Notes: a model not told the origin generated them from the letters alone. Positions 1 to 13,390 are shown, counted from the first letter of the whole stretch. The stretch: DNA of 63,252 nucleotides, filler included, from Octopus bimaculoides (GCF_001194135.2; 6 parts of 6 records of this genome joined end to end with filler, not necessarily neighbours in it); one strand, 5' to 3'. A program made the numbers and translations.

Positions 1-44
<44 letters not shown>

Positions 45-169
45 AGAATTCAGATGTAGAAATATGGAGAGAGTGAAGGAGAGAGAGAGAAAGAAGGCGA
101 AAAAGAACGATAGGTGTGGAAAGAGGGAGAAAGAGAGAGAAGGTAAAAGGAAAAGACAGAAGCAGAGAG

Positions 170-205
<36 letters not shown>

Positions 206-300
206 CGTGAAATACTCGGAGTTATAAAAGAAAAAAGCAGGTAAAAAGAAAATTGTGAAAGACAACTCACAAGTTTCTTTGAGAATAGAAGGGATTTTAA
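1..300. repeat. (AG)n / purine-rich simple repeat
   Basis: GAGAGA runs at 4-36 and 160-202; low-complexity ORF 50..265 is an artefact of this. Confidence 0.9.
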
Positions 301-529
301 AAGTAAACAGAAATCATGAGGTTGGGGAGAAGTTAAAAGTAGGTGCATGAGAAAAAATTATTCCTAAATGGATCTCCGTCAGTTTCGACGGTGAGCATTC
401 CAGTGGTTTGTTCAACTGAACTATTTCGTTATTGAATTACAATGTAAGTAGCTGTGTATTCCACATATTCGTAGAATGCTTAGGTACATTTAATAAATCA
501 ATACCCGGTGTCAAATTGTTTAATCCCTC

Positions 530-720
530 TAACCTAGCGATTCGGCAAAAAGAGAACGATAGAACAAGTATCAGACTCGAAAAACAAAAAAAAAAAACAG
601 AAGATTAATACGGCGTCGAAATAAATACGGGAGTGGATTATCGATTTGAGCGACTAAACCCTTCAAGGTGGTGTCCCAGCATGGCCACCGCTCTATAAGT
701 AAAAACAACAAAAATAACAA
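530..720 (+). mobile_element. SINE family A, 3' tail fragment
   Basis: aacctagcgattcggcaaaaagagaacgatagaacaagta...ggtggtgtcccagcatggccac matches the tail of the full copy at 53676-54135. Confidence 0.75.
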
Positions 721-1303
721 AAGACTGATTTAGTGTAAGAAACAGTACGAAACCGCTAGTTTCTAATTTCAGCTAGCTTTGAAAGGAATGCTGGCGAATC
801 GTTCTCATTTCTGTTGCTAAGGTCATGTTTATCGCTAGGGAGAAGAAATGCATATCTATGGAAAAGAGAAACTCATTGCAGATGTCGGTTTTCTCTGGTG
901 TATCAAATTGACTCTATAGAGAGGTCAGCTCTGTTGTCAATATAAACCTCATTGCCGGGTTCATCTCTGTTGAAGAGATAGCATAAGAGCAGTGGTAGTC
1001 TCAACAGAGATACATCTTCGTTGGACGATTTATCATTGTTTTGCAGTTGAAGTTAATTTAGAAATAAAGATGCGGGGAAGATGCTGGAGGACAAAATTCG
1101 TGTCTGTATTGCAACCGTTTAGTTACTCAATGTTTTGTTACTATAGCGTGAATAATCGATAGAAAGAGAGAGAGGTGGTGGGTGAGAGAAGAGGGAATAG
1201 AGCGGGAGGAAGAAGAAGAAAAAGGAAAGAGTAAGAGTAAAGTATGTTTGTAGTAGGAGATATGTAAGCGAATGAGAAAAAGAGAGGGCAAACAGGTAGA
1301 ACC

Positions 1304-1354
<51 letters not shown>

Positions 1355-1569
1355 AGATGGATGGATGGATGGATGGATGGATAAAAGAGACAGGGAGATA
1401 AACAAACAAAGAGATAAATAGACAAAGACATAGGGACAGGCACAAAAAGAGCCAGATGGACAGACACATAAGCAGACAGACAGATAAGCAGACAGACAGA
1501 TAGGGGCAAATGGACAGGTAAAGAGAAAAACTAGGATATATATATATTATAATTATATACATAGTTACA

Positions 1570-1702
1570 TACATAATTATAACAAGGGATTGGCTTTACG
1601 CCTCACCACGAACTGCAAGAAATAGACGCTAAAGCCCCTTAGCGTCGATTTCTTGCAGTACGTGGTGAGGCGTAAAGTTCGCTCCCTTGTTATAATTATG
1701 TA
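1570..1702. repeat. Fold-back (palindromic MITE-like) element, about 63-bp arms
   Basis: Left arm tacataattataacaaggga...gacgctaa is the reverse complement of the right arm ttagcgtc...tcccttgttataattatgta, apart from one short mismatched patch and two substitutions; loop agcccc. Confidence 0.85.
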
Positions 1703-1802
1703 TATAATTATGAAATATTTTGTGAAATTTACATATGAGGTTTTTATTCCGCACTGACTACCTGGTAAAATTATTATTGATTTTACCCTTTTATTTTAAT
1801 AA

Positions 1803-1845
<43 letters not shown>

Positions 1846-2799
1846 GGTACACTCAAATGAAGATAAGGTAAGAGACAGAGTGATGTACAGACAAGAGACA
1901 AAGGGGGAGAGAGAGAAATGGAGACAGAACGGGAGATCGAAAAAGAAGAGGGGGAGAACGGGAAGAGATAGCGTGTAATCAAGAAGAATCAGCAAAACTA
2001 ACAGAAAAATAGAAAATGAAAGAAAGAGTGAAGGATCGAAAGCGAATTAAAATGGAAGAAAGGAAGAGAAAGAGACAGAAAGAGAATGAAATGGAGTGAG
2101 AAATGGAGAACAAGAAAGAAAAGAAGAAAGAAAATGCAAATAGGGGAAAAAAGAAGAAAAAAAGCAAAGTTTTCCTCGATCTTCTCCCTCCATAAATCGA
2201 GTGAATTTCATCTGCAGGTGTCAGTTGTATGCAATCACAGGTTATTAATCTGAAGTGATTGATTAATAGACATCCTCGATTGAAACCTTAGATAACCGAT
2301 ATACTAAAAGTGGCATATTCCAGCTATGGTGTTATCAAACACACCACACCACCGCAAGCATCTCTATGGCCGCTGTCATTTATACGGTCGTCATGACCTC
2401 CATTACGGAAAGACCGAAACTATCATCCGATACCACGAACATCACTGGCCTTTATATGACACGCTTCTACTACTACTACACCATCAACAACGCACCGACA
2501 TCATTACTAATACAACTCAACCCACTCATTCTCACAAACACACACATATACATACTGCTGCAAAAAATCCCATATTTTACATGGCAATTTATGTAGTGCT
2601 AGTGAAATTAAGCAGATGGTAACGAGTCTTTACGTAGCCAATACTTTACGTAGCCAATACTTTACGGTTTTGTTTCAATTACCATTATGAAAATTTGGAC
2701 CAGTGCAAACTACGTGTTTGCTGTTGAAACGTTTATCAGGAACAGTGAACCTAGGAGGATTTTAATTGTCACATCCTGTACACACACACATACACACAC

Positions 2800-3850
2800 A
2801 CACACACACTTGAGTAGTATAATTTTAACAAGTAAATGCTTTAAATATGTTTTAAAATCTAAACAGAGCGAGTTAAAAACAGGTCGATGGTTAGTACTAT
2901 TACCTAGTATTTCAATATTTCAGGGTTAGGCCCCCTTCTTCAGGAAATTTACGAAAAAAGGTGTTGACAGCTGATGTCGCTACTCTCTAGTGTGTGTATA
3001 AAGGACTCTTTTGTATTCCTATAGTATCTAATCAGCTGCGTGCGATTCAGATCCGTTATTAATCCCCAGGGTGTACTTGTTAATAAAAGTAGATTCTTCT
3101 GTTCTCAAGTTCCCAGTGTTTCTATCTGTAGCGTCAATGGAAACTTGGATCACTTAAGTATGGCGTTTCCGTAGGTGTTTTTTGACCGAAGAAGCGTATT
3201 CTCTAATTCGTAAGTGAACTTGTCTGATGGTATTTCCTATGTAGAATTGATTACATTAGTTACACATGATTTTATACATCACACAGGAACGCAGTCACAT
3301 GTTTGATCGACCAGTTGAGCAGTGTACATAAGGTGATGTTTTTTGTCTTGGCCTTGCTTTAGTTAGGACTCTCTTCGAAGAAGGCACAGAGTGTACCAGT
3401 CCTATATTCAATATCTCCTTACAGATTGCATGGTGGATTGCAGCAGTTGTTTTTCCGTTAAAATGTGACAATTTCAGAAAACACTTAACTTGAATGTATA
3501 CGTTTTGTTATGTTTGTCTGGTGATGCCCTGGTGCACAGTGAAAGTGTATAGACAGCCATTCTCCATCAAGACTTTCCGACTGTTGATGTTTTAGCTCCT
3601 TGTCTCACTGCATTTACTACGTACCAAGTGTGTCTTATTTCTAAGGTAGGCCATCTTTTCTCTGATGGTCAGAGATGAATTATAATGTACAAATAGGTCC
3701 TTTATCCTGCTTTTCTGTAAAAGTTAGTGGAGAGGGATTCCTTTTTCTATGTTTTTGAGTTCAAAATCAATCAGAGATCAGGAAACGTTGTTATTGGGAT
3801 GCCCCACGTCAAAATTGTGTATGTTCATCGATACTGTTGAACGGTTTGTA
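2800..3850 (-). mobile_element. Penelope-like retroelement, 3' portion (RT thumb + GIY-YIG endonuclease + pLTR), degenerate
   Basis: Minus-strand frameshifted peptides FYRKAG / KDLFVHYNSSL (about 3670-3730) and CNQFYIGNTIRQVHLRIREY...NLRTEESTFINKYTP (about 3065-3260), typical of PLE RT thumb and GIY-YIG; followed by a hammerhead-bearing terminal region. Confidence 0.8.
2909..2948 (-). ncRNA. Minimal type I hammerhead ribozyme (PLE-associated)
   Basis: Minus strand reads AUUUC-CUGAAGA-AGGG-ggccuaa-CCCU-GAAA-UA-U-U-GAAAU: 5-bp stem I, intact core, 4-bp stem II, palindromic AAUAUU in place of helix III. Confidence 0.7.
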
Positions 3851-5595
3851 TATTTTTAATAGCCTCCTCGCGAAAGTTTCAAGTAATGACTTGAAAATAC
3901 TTGAGAGAAGCCATATATGTATACATGCTTGCATACATTCCTACACACACTTGCATACCCACTTACGTACAATCATAATACAAATATATGCATACATGCA
4001 CACATACATACATACATACATACTAACATGCATACATACATATATACATACATACGNNNNNNNNNNNNNNNNNNNNNNNNNNNNNNNNNNNNNNNNNNNN
4101 NNNNNNNNNNNNNNNNNNNNNNNNNNNNNNNNNNNNNNNNNNNNNNNNNNNNNNNNCATATATGTATACATGCTTGCATACATTCCTACACACACTTGCA
4201 TACCCACTTACGTACAATCATAATACAAATATATGCATACATGCACACATACATACATACATACATACTAACATGCATACATACATATATACATACATAC
4301 GTACATAGACATGCACATATCCATTCATTCAATAGATGCGTATATTTCTATACCATGCATACACACACATCCAATCATACGCACATGTATACATACACAC
4401 ATTTTCATACACACATGCAAACACACATATGTATACTTACAAACACCCAAATACATACTTATGTACGTAATTACACGTATACGTACGTACATACACACAC
4501 ATATCTATCATATATAGATACTAGCTATGGAAAAATTCCTCAATGAAATGATTCGCCCTCAATTATCGAAATCTTTTATTTTTCATTGGTCCCTTGATCA
4601 AATATACCAACAATAAATAGATAAAATATACATGTTAATATATATGTACATAAATAAATAATAAATAAATAAATATATATATAAATCACTAAATTATCGT
4701 GTGAATGTATGCATGTGAACAAATCGAAAGTTTGAAAGGAATATTATTCAGACCTTTTAGGGCGATTCTCACTTAGGGTGCTGTGTGTGAGAAAACATAG
4801 TACAGGTATACTTACATACATATGTGTGTGTGTGTGTGTGTGTGTGTATTATATATATGGACGTTGTTGCTTATCAGTTGCTTTTGCCTCTTTTGCTGCA
4901 ATATAAAATTTGAGATAAATGCCCATTAATTCGTAGAGGCGACAATCACATCGTTGCTTCTCCCACTGTGGCTACAGCAGCATTATCCACCGTATCAATA
5001 GCTAAAGCGTTTAGCATATGTCACTATGATTTGTATCGATATCAATAAATGGAAGATGATACGTACAACCGGGAACGTTAGAAGATTATTTTTTTCAATA
5101 CCAAAACGTTTTGCTCTGTAAAACGTCCCATTACTACTAAAGATGACAGGGTAATCTCCGACTCCATCTTTGTCCACCATATCGTTCCATCGTGTTTCTC
5201 ATTCTTTTCATTCCCTTTTAATTAATTCATCTTTACCGCTCCTGGATCCTATATTTATCCTCGAAGGCGAAGTTAANNNNNNNNNNNNNNNNNNNNNNNN
5301 NNNNNNNNNNNNNNNNNNNNNNNNNNNNNNNNNNNNNNNNNNNNNNNNNNNNNNNNNNNNNNNNNNNNNNNNNNNNNNNNNNNNNNNNNNNNNNNNNNNN
5401 NNNNNNNNNNNNNNNNNNNNNNNNNNNNNNNNNNNNNNNNNNNNNNNNNNNNNNNNNNNNNNNNNNNNNNNNNNNNNNNNNNNNNNNNNNNNNNNNNNNN
5501 NNNNNNNNNNNNNNNNNNNNNNNNNNNNNNNNNNNNNNNNATATATATGGATATATATATGTATATATATGTATGTATATATGTATATATATTTG

Positions 5596-5647
<52 letters not shown>

Positions 5648-6488
5648 GTGTGTGTATTTTGAACTGTTCCATGAGCCAATTTTTTTTGTTCCGTTCACAA
5701 GTCGGCATAATACATGAGGGATATTTTGTTACAATTTCCTTAAGGCCGAGCGAACTATAAATATTTCAGTTTAGCACACACTATTCAAAACTGTACTGTA
5801 TAGTTTCTATCAGGATTTGAACCCGGAACTACTGACGTATATTAATCTCAGCATAACGCTCTTCTTGCCAACATGTTGCTTCCCTATTATTAATGCCAAT
5901 TAATGCAGATAAATTAGAAATAATGAGAAAAACGTTTCTAGCATTTTATTCATTAGTGTATGATTATTTAATTAATATTGCTTATTACGATAATAATTAT
6001 CAAAATTTGCGAAAATTTGATTATAGTCTACTAGAGGTACAAGAGCTATAGAATTAAGTTTTCACACTTAACTTAATGTGTGTGCATATATAAATACCCG
6101 ATATGGTACACCTACGTTTGTATCTAAATTTACATCTCTCTCTCGTTATCAATCAATCTATCTTTCTCATTATATTTCTTTCTTTCTTTCTTTCTCTGTC
6201 GTTTGTCGACGATAAACAAAGATTTCTGTAGGTAAATAGAGTTTAAGAAAATGCTTACATTTACGAATTTATTGTAAGTCTACGTGCTCTATTTTACTCT
6301 TATTTGATATACACAGATTACTGTCTTTGAACTTCAAAAGATGAATAGTAACTAAGAATATGTGTGTGTGTGTGTGTATGTGTGTGTGTGTTAATGCATA
6401 GACATACATACATACGTACATATATATGCATGTATGTCTATATCTATATAGTGTTCATTGGTGAAAATGTGGAAAGAATGAATGCAAG

Positions 6489-6523
<35 letters not shown>

Positions 6524-7131
6524 CAATGTCTATTATGATGTGTGATATATATAATGCCTATGGTTCTTTTAAATTTTATAAATTAAATATCATCAAACAT
6601 ATTTGCCTGCCACCTCCCTTTTACGAATATACAATGTTACAACTGACCAAGTGGAAAATGTATAGATTAGAACTGAATCGAATTAGACATATTTCCCCCA
6701 TAACACTTGGTTTTGTCCTATGCTTAAAGCTTTAGCTAAGAAAACTACCCCCTCCCCACAACAAACACGCACAATTTACATAGAAATTAAGCAGCGGCAA
6801 CAGTATTTCGTTGGTAGGTTGCCAAAACGAGGGGTTTGTAGACAACTAATTGGATGTTTATTCTATTACGTTCACAGTTCGAATTGTGCAACCATGTTTT
6901 CTGCGACCAGTTTATAAACTTTATCGACAGGTTCCATTATAGAGGTTCTAATGAAGCGAAGAATAAACAAACTTAATTTCTATTCATGATTTCAGAAGAC
7001 ACAGAACCCATTTACAGAAACAACTTTTGTCTTTCTCGTGTTTCATTTCCGACTTCAGTGTTCGATTTTCACTGATGTCATTATTTTGCATTTTGTTCCT
7101 TGTGTGCGGATTTTATAAAACTATATTCTGC

Positions 7132-7196
<65 letters not shown>

Positions 7197-7197
7197 T

Positions 7198-7240
<43 letters not shown>

Positions 7241-7269
7241 TATTAATGCTTGTTTATATGTTCAGTTAT

Positions 7270-7480
7270 AATCCTTTCTACTATAGGCAAAAAGGCCTAA
7301 AATTTGGGGGCAAGGGATAGTCAATTACATCGACTCTAGTGTTTCACTGGTACTTAATTTATTGACCTCGAAAGGTAAAGTCGACCTCGGCGAAATTTGA
7401 ACTCAGACGTAGCGACGGGCGAAATACTGCTAAGCATTTCGTCCAGCGTGCTAAAAATTCTGCCAGCCCTTCACCTTTAT
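7270..7480 (-). mobile_element. SINE family B
   Basis: Reverse complement of the family B unit (ctggcagaa..ttagcacgc..ggacgaaatgcttagcagtatttcg..gagttcaaatt) seen on + at 42845 and 51385. Confidence 0.8.
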
Positions 7481-8004
7481 TCAGTTATAAAAAAGACAAT
7501 TTTACATTGATTTTGATTGGGGCACTCTATAGTTTTATTGAGTACAAATTTGTTATTTTTAAAGAAGACAGTTGTTGCTAGAGACTTCGAAGTTTCAGCC
7601 AGTCCGATGATGGTTTAGCTGGCTGAAACTTCGACGTCGCAGTCAACAAAATACTTATTTGAGAATTATATATATATATATNNNNNNNNNNNNNNNNNNN
7701 NNNNNNNNNNNNNNNNNNNNNNNNNNNNNNNNNNNNNNNNNNNNNNNNNNNNNNNNNNNNNNNNNNNNNNNNNNNNNNNNNNNNNNNNNNNNNNNATATA
7801 TATAGCAATGGCTATATATGTGTTTACTTAATATATGTGTGTGTGTGTTTTAAATTATACTTTTTAAAGCCAAAACAATGCAAGTTATAAACAGGAAGAT
7901 TGTACTTTCACCCTGATATTTCAGGGTAAGTGATCATTTGTCGGGGAAAACTTTGAAGAAAAAAAATGTTAGTTGTATGCCCTACCAGTTAACTATTATG
8001 TATT

Positions 8005-9170
8005 ATGTATGTATGTATGAATGTATGTATGTATACGTGCAGATTTGTACATTTTGTTTATGTATGTCTTAAAAGTCAATATTATTAATATGCATGTATG
8101 TATGTCATTATTCAGTTTATTTCAAAATTTCTTGCCAATATAGAAAGAACCGGTTTCTAACCTAGACCCAAGACTCCCTCATTGGAATTTCAACATCAAC
8201 AACAGGATATTTTTGTATGTATGTATGTATATATGCATGTATGTATGTATGTATGTATGTATGTATGTGCAGATTTGTATGTTTTATGTATGTATTCTCA
8301 TACATATAGTTGCATATCTAGACATGCTCATATATACTTAGATGATAAACTTCTGGAAATTTTTACAGATTTTTACAGTTCCAGTAATGGCTTGGATCTG
8401 TAGTCTTCGAATCAGCTTTCTCCTTTCTGGTTTTGAGAAACCTAATTTCTCAACAATGGTATTTAGGCAGTGTGTTACATATCCCAGTGCCTTAATAATT
8501 ACAAGTATGAACCTGAACTTGTAATCTGGATAGAGTAACTGCAGCGTAGGTATTCTCTTTTTAACTGATCTTCAGCTTTATGTTAACATCCACTGGGCAG
8601 CTAATTTCCACAACTGTTCACAGTTCCTCTTCTCTATCCCAAATCATTATATCAGGTCTGTTGTGTTTGCATTTTATCGAGGTTTTCACTGGAACATTCC
8701 ACCAGCACTCCTTTTTATCATGAGTAGTTATAATTTCTACCATACTGTGGGTTATTTCTTTGTCCTCGGAGTTATCTTTCCGACGGATTTCATTATACAG
8801 TGTTCTACCTACAACATCATATCTCATCGGTAGATAATACCGTGATAACATTTTCGGACAACTGCTTATGAAGTAAATGATATCTTCGAATTTGACGCCA
8901 CAAAGTCTGCATCAGTTGTCACATTTTGCTGCCTTTCCTGCATCTCTGTCCCTTTTGTGCATCAGGTATTTGGCAGATGTTTTCTGTTCATGGATTGCAA
9001 ACGCATACCCTTCAAAATGGGAGGTTGTTGGTCCATGATAGACTGCTTTGATGATGAATGTTACTATCTTCGCTGAGCGATTTACATATCCAGGCATGGT
9101 CTTCTGCTCATATATGCTCATCCTTTCATCTGATGATAAGTTGCGGCAGAGTCGTGCGACTTCTTTAGGC
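8005..9170 (-). mobile_element. Non-LTR retrotransposon with restriction-like endonuclease (R2/R4/NeSL-type), internally deleted, with (ATAC)n tail
   Basis: Minus-strand EGYAFAIHEQ...KCDN*CRLCGVKFEDIIYFISSCPKMLSRYYLPMRYDVV (degenerate CCHC finger), then KHNRPDIMIWDREEE (PD motif of RLE), ending ICKNFQKFII*; 3' UTR runs into (TACA)n. Confidence 0.8.
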
Positions 9171-9507
9171 GTGTATTTAGGTATTTACGTGTGTATGCAT
9201 GCATGCATGTATGCATGTATGTACGTATATATGTTACGTATGTATGTATGTAGGCATAAATGTATGTAGACACGCACATCAAAATATATGTGTATACATT
9301 TTCATTAATTTATTTCTCTTTCTCGATTCGTCCATTGATCCGTCCCTCAAATCTCTCCGTCCTTCCATTCACCCATCCATATATTCAGCTATCCATCCAT
9401 GTATGTCCATCCACGCATCTACATGCAATCTGGTGTTTTACAGTGCAAATCGACTTTTCTCCCTGTCGGCAATCAAATACGCGCATACACGCACAAACGT
9501 CCATATC

Positions 9508-9690
<183 letters not shown>

Positions 9691-10024
9691 GCTTATACTG
9701 TGACATAAATTACTCGCACACAGACAATCCCAGTCAGAGATATACATTCATAAACACGAACTAGGCACCACACGCACTCACACACGCACACACACACACA
9801 CACACACATGCACACACACACTCACATATTCATACACACACATACATGCTCGCGCACAAATACACACGTACACGGCTTTTCCGCACTTCCTCGCTCACCA
9901 TCTCCACATGCACAATGCAAAATGATGCCACTGATGCTAAAAACAAGTGCAGTTCCCAGAAGAGTTTTGGCTAACTACAGCGCACCATCACAAAAGGCCT
10001 CACGTGCAGATAGTTTGGTGAATA

Positions 10025-10290
10025 AATGATGGTGGCGGCAAGGCTGATGGTGGTGTGACATGAGGCATTCATGGTGGAGGTAATGGCAGTATTAGTTAGT
10101 GTTGGTGTTGATGTTCATTGTGATACTGGTGGTGGTGGTAATGGTAGCGGTAAAGTTCGTAGTGGTAAAGGTGGTGGTGATGGTAATGGAAGTGGTGATG
10201 GTATTGATGGCGGTGATGGTGGTGCCGGTGGTGTTGGTGTTGGAGATGATGGTAATGTTGTTGTTGTCGTTGTTGTTGCTGTTGTTGTTT

Positions 10291-10322
<32 letters not shown>

Positions 10323-10860
10323 GGTGGTGNNNNNNNNNNNNNNNNNNNNNNNNNNNNNNNNNNNNNNNNNNNNNNNNNNNNNNNNNNNNNNNNNNNNNNN
10401 NNNNNNNNNNNNNNNNNNNNNNNNNNNNNNNNNNNNNNNNNNNNNNNNNNNNNNNNNNNNNNNNNNNNNNNNNNNNNNNNNNNNNNNNNNNNNNNNNNNN
10501 NNNNNNNNNNNNNNNNNNNNNNNNNNNNNNNNNGGAGACGGAGCAAGTGGTTGTGATGGTAGTGAGAGTGGTGGTGGTAACAGAAGTGGTGGAGGTGGTA
10601 ATGGTGGTATTGGTAGTGATGGTGGTGGTAATGGTGATGGTGATGGTTTTGGTGTTGTTAGTAGTGCTGCTGGTAGTGGTGGCGACGGTCGTGGATTTGG
10701 TTGTAGATTGATTGAGGTTGTCTGTGTTAGTGGCGGTGATAGTATTGGTCGTAGAGATGATGGTGCCGGTGATGGTAGGACATAGAATGGTGGACATAGA
10801 AGTAGTAATGTGGTGGTTGTATTGGCGGTGGTGTTAGTGGAGGTAGTTTATTGATTGTTA
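10025..10860. repeat. GGT/GAT/GTT trinucleotide low-complexity tract spanning an N gap
   Basis: Degenerate trinucleotide arrays; ORFs in all frames are homopolymeric (G/V/T/H/P). Confidence 0.85.
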
Positions 10861-11730
10861 TCGAAGAAAACTCGTTCGCCATTTTGATTCCTCATCACAC
10901 TGCTTCCCGCCAAAGAAGGATTTGATTCTCCCCTACCACCATCCTCTCATCGATCCCTGACTACGCACTAGTACCATCCAACCACCACCACCACCACCAC
11001 CACCATCACTACCCCTTATACACCAACCCAGATGTAATGAATCACCTGCTACAGATTAGAAATCTACCAGGAAAAGAGGGGTAGGAGGAGATCTGAGAAA
11101 GAGAGACTGATATGGAAGGACATAAAGACAGGGTCCAGTGAAAGAGACGGGAAAAGGATATAAGATCTTATGGCGTGTTATTTGGCTAGGTTTGTAATAT
11201 ATATTTGTGTTGGTTTGTATGTATGTGTGTGTATGTATGTGTGTGTATATATGTGTGTATGTACGTGTTTGTGAATGTGTGCCTGTAAGTTTGTGTATTG
11301 TGTGATTGTGTATACATTGTATGTGTGTATTTGGGTGTATTTGTACGTGGTTGCGTTTGTATTCATATGTATTTGCGCGTGTGTGTGTGGTCTGCATCTT
11401 GTAACGTGGCATGGAGTTCCCAAGCCATTGAAGTGAAACTTAAGGAGATATTTGACAATAGTGGTGCTTACCTGGATCCCGTTGCACTCACACACACGTT
11501 CACGCGCACACACATGCACAAACACACATTCACACACACACATACACAAACATATACACACACGCACGCATACATGCACAAATAATACATATATACACAT
11601 CTATATTTTAAGCAGATGTTTCACTGATTTGTTTTGGTGTAGTTATACAGTTATATAAATGTGTATGAGTATATATATATATATATNNNNNNNNNNNNNN
11701 NNNNNNNNNNNNNNNNNNNNNNNNNNNNNN

Positions 11731-11742
11731 TTAATTAATTAA
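11731..11742. other. Assembly linker TTAATTAATTAA inside a 100-bp N pad (also 42561, 44488, 46727, 61730)
   Basis: Identical 12-mer centred in five N blocks; it places stop codons in all six frames. Confidence 0.9.
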
Positions 11743-12040
11743 NNNNNNNNNNNNNNNNNNNNNNNNNNNNNNNNNNNNNNNNNNNNCAGATATGTAGGGT
11801 GTTCGTTTTTGGTGAGGTGAGAATTCTGTTTATTTATATATATTTTTGGGACAATACTGTGCTGATGAACGAAATCTAGATTCATTCTAGTAATCGCGAA
11901 ATCGGCTGATACACAGTTAAGTTTATTTAAAAGAAAGTTGGTCGTCTTCTGTTGGTTGTTTTTCCTCGCATTAGGTACTAAATGTGGTTATTTTGAGAAG
12001 TCCACTGTGTGGCGTTATTATTTTCTGTAATAATGCCCTT

Positions 12041-12077
<37 letters not shown>

Positions 12078-12078
<1 letters not shown>

Positions 12079-12860
12079 CCTCATCATCATCAGTTTAACA
12101 TCTGTTTTCCATGCTGGCATGAGTTGGACAGTTTCAAAGGAGTAGGCAAGCCAGAGGACTGTGCCAAGTTCTACTGTCAGCTTTGGCATGGTTTCTACAG
12201 CTAGATGCCTTTCATAATGTCAGCCACTTTTAGAATGTATGGGATGCTTTTTTACATAGCACCAGCACCAGTGAAGACACAAAGTAACTCAGATGAGGAG
12301 ATATATAGCTACCCCGGTTACAGTGTGAAAAAGATGGTGGTGCTGTAGTAAGGTCTACCTGGAAGGTACAAGGTGTAAATGGAGAAGATTGGACTGAGTG
12401 AGCAGGAAGTTCACAAAAATGCAAAAGGGGAGTGGGGAAGGGAAAAAGAGAAGGGAGAATGCAGTGAGTGGAGAATTCAGGTATATAGGGGAGCAGCAGG
12501 ATATTAATGATACTGTTCACAGAGAGAGGATAGGAGAGTAGCATTGGGCTGCAGGAATAGAAGGGCAGAGACAAGCATAGTGCATGATGTGATGTAGTTT
12601 GGTTCATTGAGATAACATGTGGGTGAAGAGCACATAATACACAGTATTTCCAGAACTCTGGGTGGGTCTTCTCAAGAACTTCATATTGCCAGTCATTTTG
12701 ATCCATTATTGTCTCCTCTACAAGGCTCAACACCTTGAGATCAGTCTTCACAACTTCAATTCCATGTCTTCTTGTGTCTCCCCCATCCACAAGTTCTGTC
12801 TACTTTAATTGATTGGCACTTCTCTATATAGCTGTCCTCAATCATATGCATCACATGACC
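12078..12860 (-). mobile_element. RTE-clade LINE 3' end (C-terminal coding remnant + 3' UTR + (ATG)n tail)
   Basis: Minus peptide ...EVVKTDLKVLSLVEETIMDQNDWQYEVLEKT matches the RTE C-terminus seen on + at about 41380-41490; the tail matches 41810-41975 and ends in (gat)n. Confidence 0.75.
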
Positions 12861-12938
12861 AAACCATCATAGTTTTGTTTCTTGCAAGCTACATCTGATT
12901 CCTCTTATACCTAACTTTTCTCTTAACACATTTGCACT

Positions 12939-12994
<56 letters not shown>

Positions 12995-13009
12995 AATACA
13001 TATATGTAT

Positions 13010-13147
13010 GTATAGGTGTGATTGTGTTGTATAAAGCTTGCTTACCAGCCACATGCTACCTTGGGCAAGTGTCTTGAATTATTGCCTTGGGCCAACCAAA
13101 GCCTTGAGTGGATTTGGTAGATGGAAACTAAAAGAAGCCTGTTGTTC

Positions 13148-13184
<37 letters not shown>

Positions 13185-13390
13185 TTTGTCCCTTACCACC
13201 ACTTGACAACCAGTGTTGGTGTTTACATCTCCATATCTTAGTGCTTCAGCAAAAGAGACTGATAGAATAAGTACCAGGCTTTAAAAAATATAAAAAGTAC
13301 AAGGGTTGATTCATTTGACTAAAAATTCTTCAAGGTAGTACTCCACCATGGCCACAGTCTAACAACTGAAACTAGTAAAGGAAAAAAAGA
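13010..13390 (+). mobile_element. SINE family A, full length, CpG-decayed, internal (TG)n
   Basis: Head aagcttgcttaccagccacatg, core gagtggatttggtagatggaaact, tail gagactgatagaataagtacc... Confidence 0.8.

Noticed and set aside
3912-4301. 145-bp direct duplication (3912-4056 = 4157-4301)
   Set aside because: Identical copies either side of a 100-N gap; most likely an unmerged contig overlap.
4930-5275. Coding-like ORF 4995..5180 (MVDKDGVGDYPVIF...)
   Set aside because: Looks like a TE remnant but I cannot assign a family or a coding strand; needs a BLASTX/Dfam search.
9130-9165. CTGATGA plus AAGTTGC/GCGACTT stem (hammerhead-like half)
   Set aside because: The required GAAA and cleavage triplet are absent, and it is antisense to the adjoining LINE ORF.
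10071-10797. Long Gly/Thr/His-rich ORFs
   Set aside because: Trinucleotide low complexity open in several frames on both strands; the same applies to 52194-53154.
11687-11786. Recurrent TTAATTAATTAA motif (five copies)
   Set aside because: Always centred in N pads; an artificial six-frame-stop linker. It also means contiguity across these points is uncertain.
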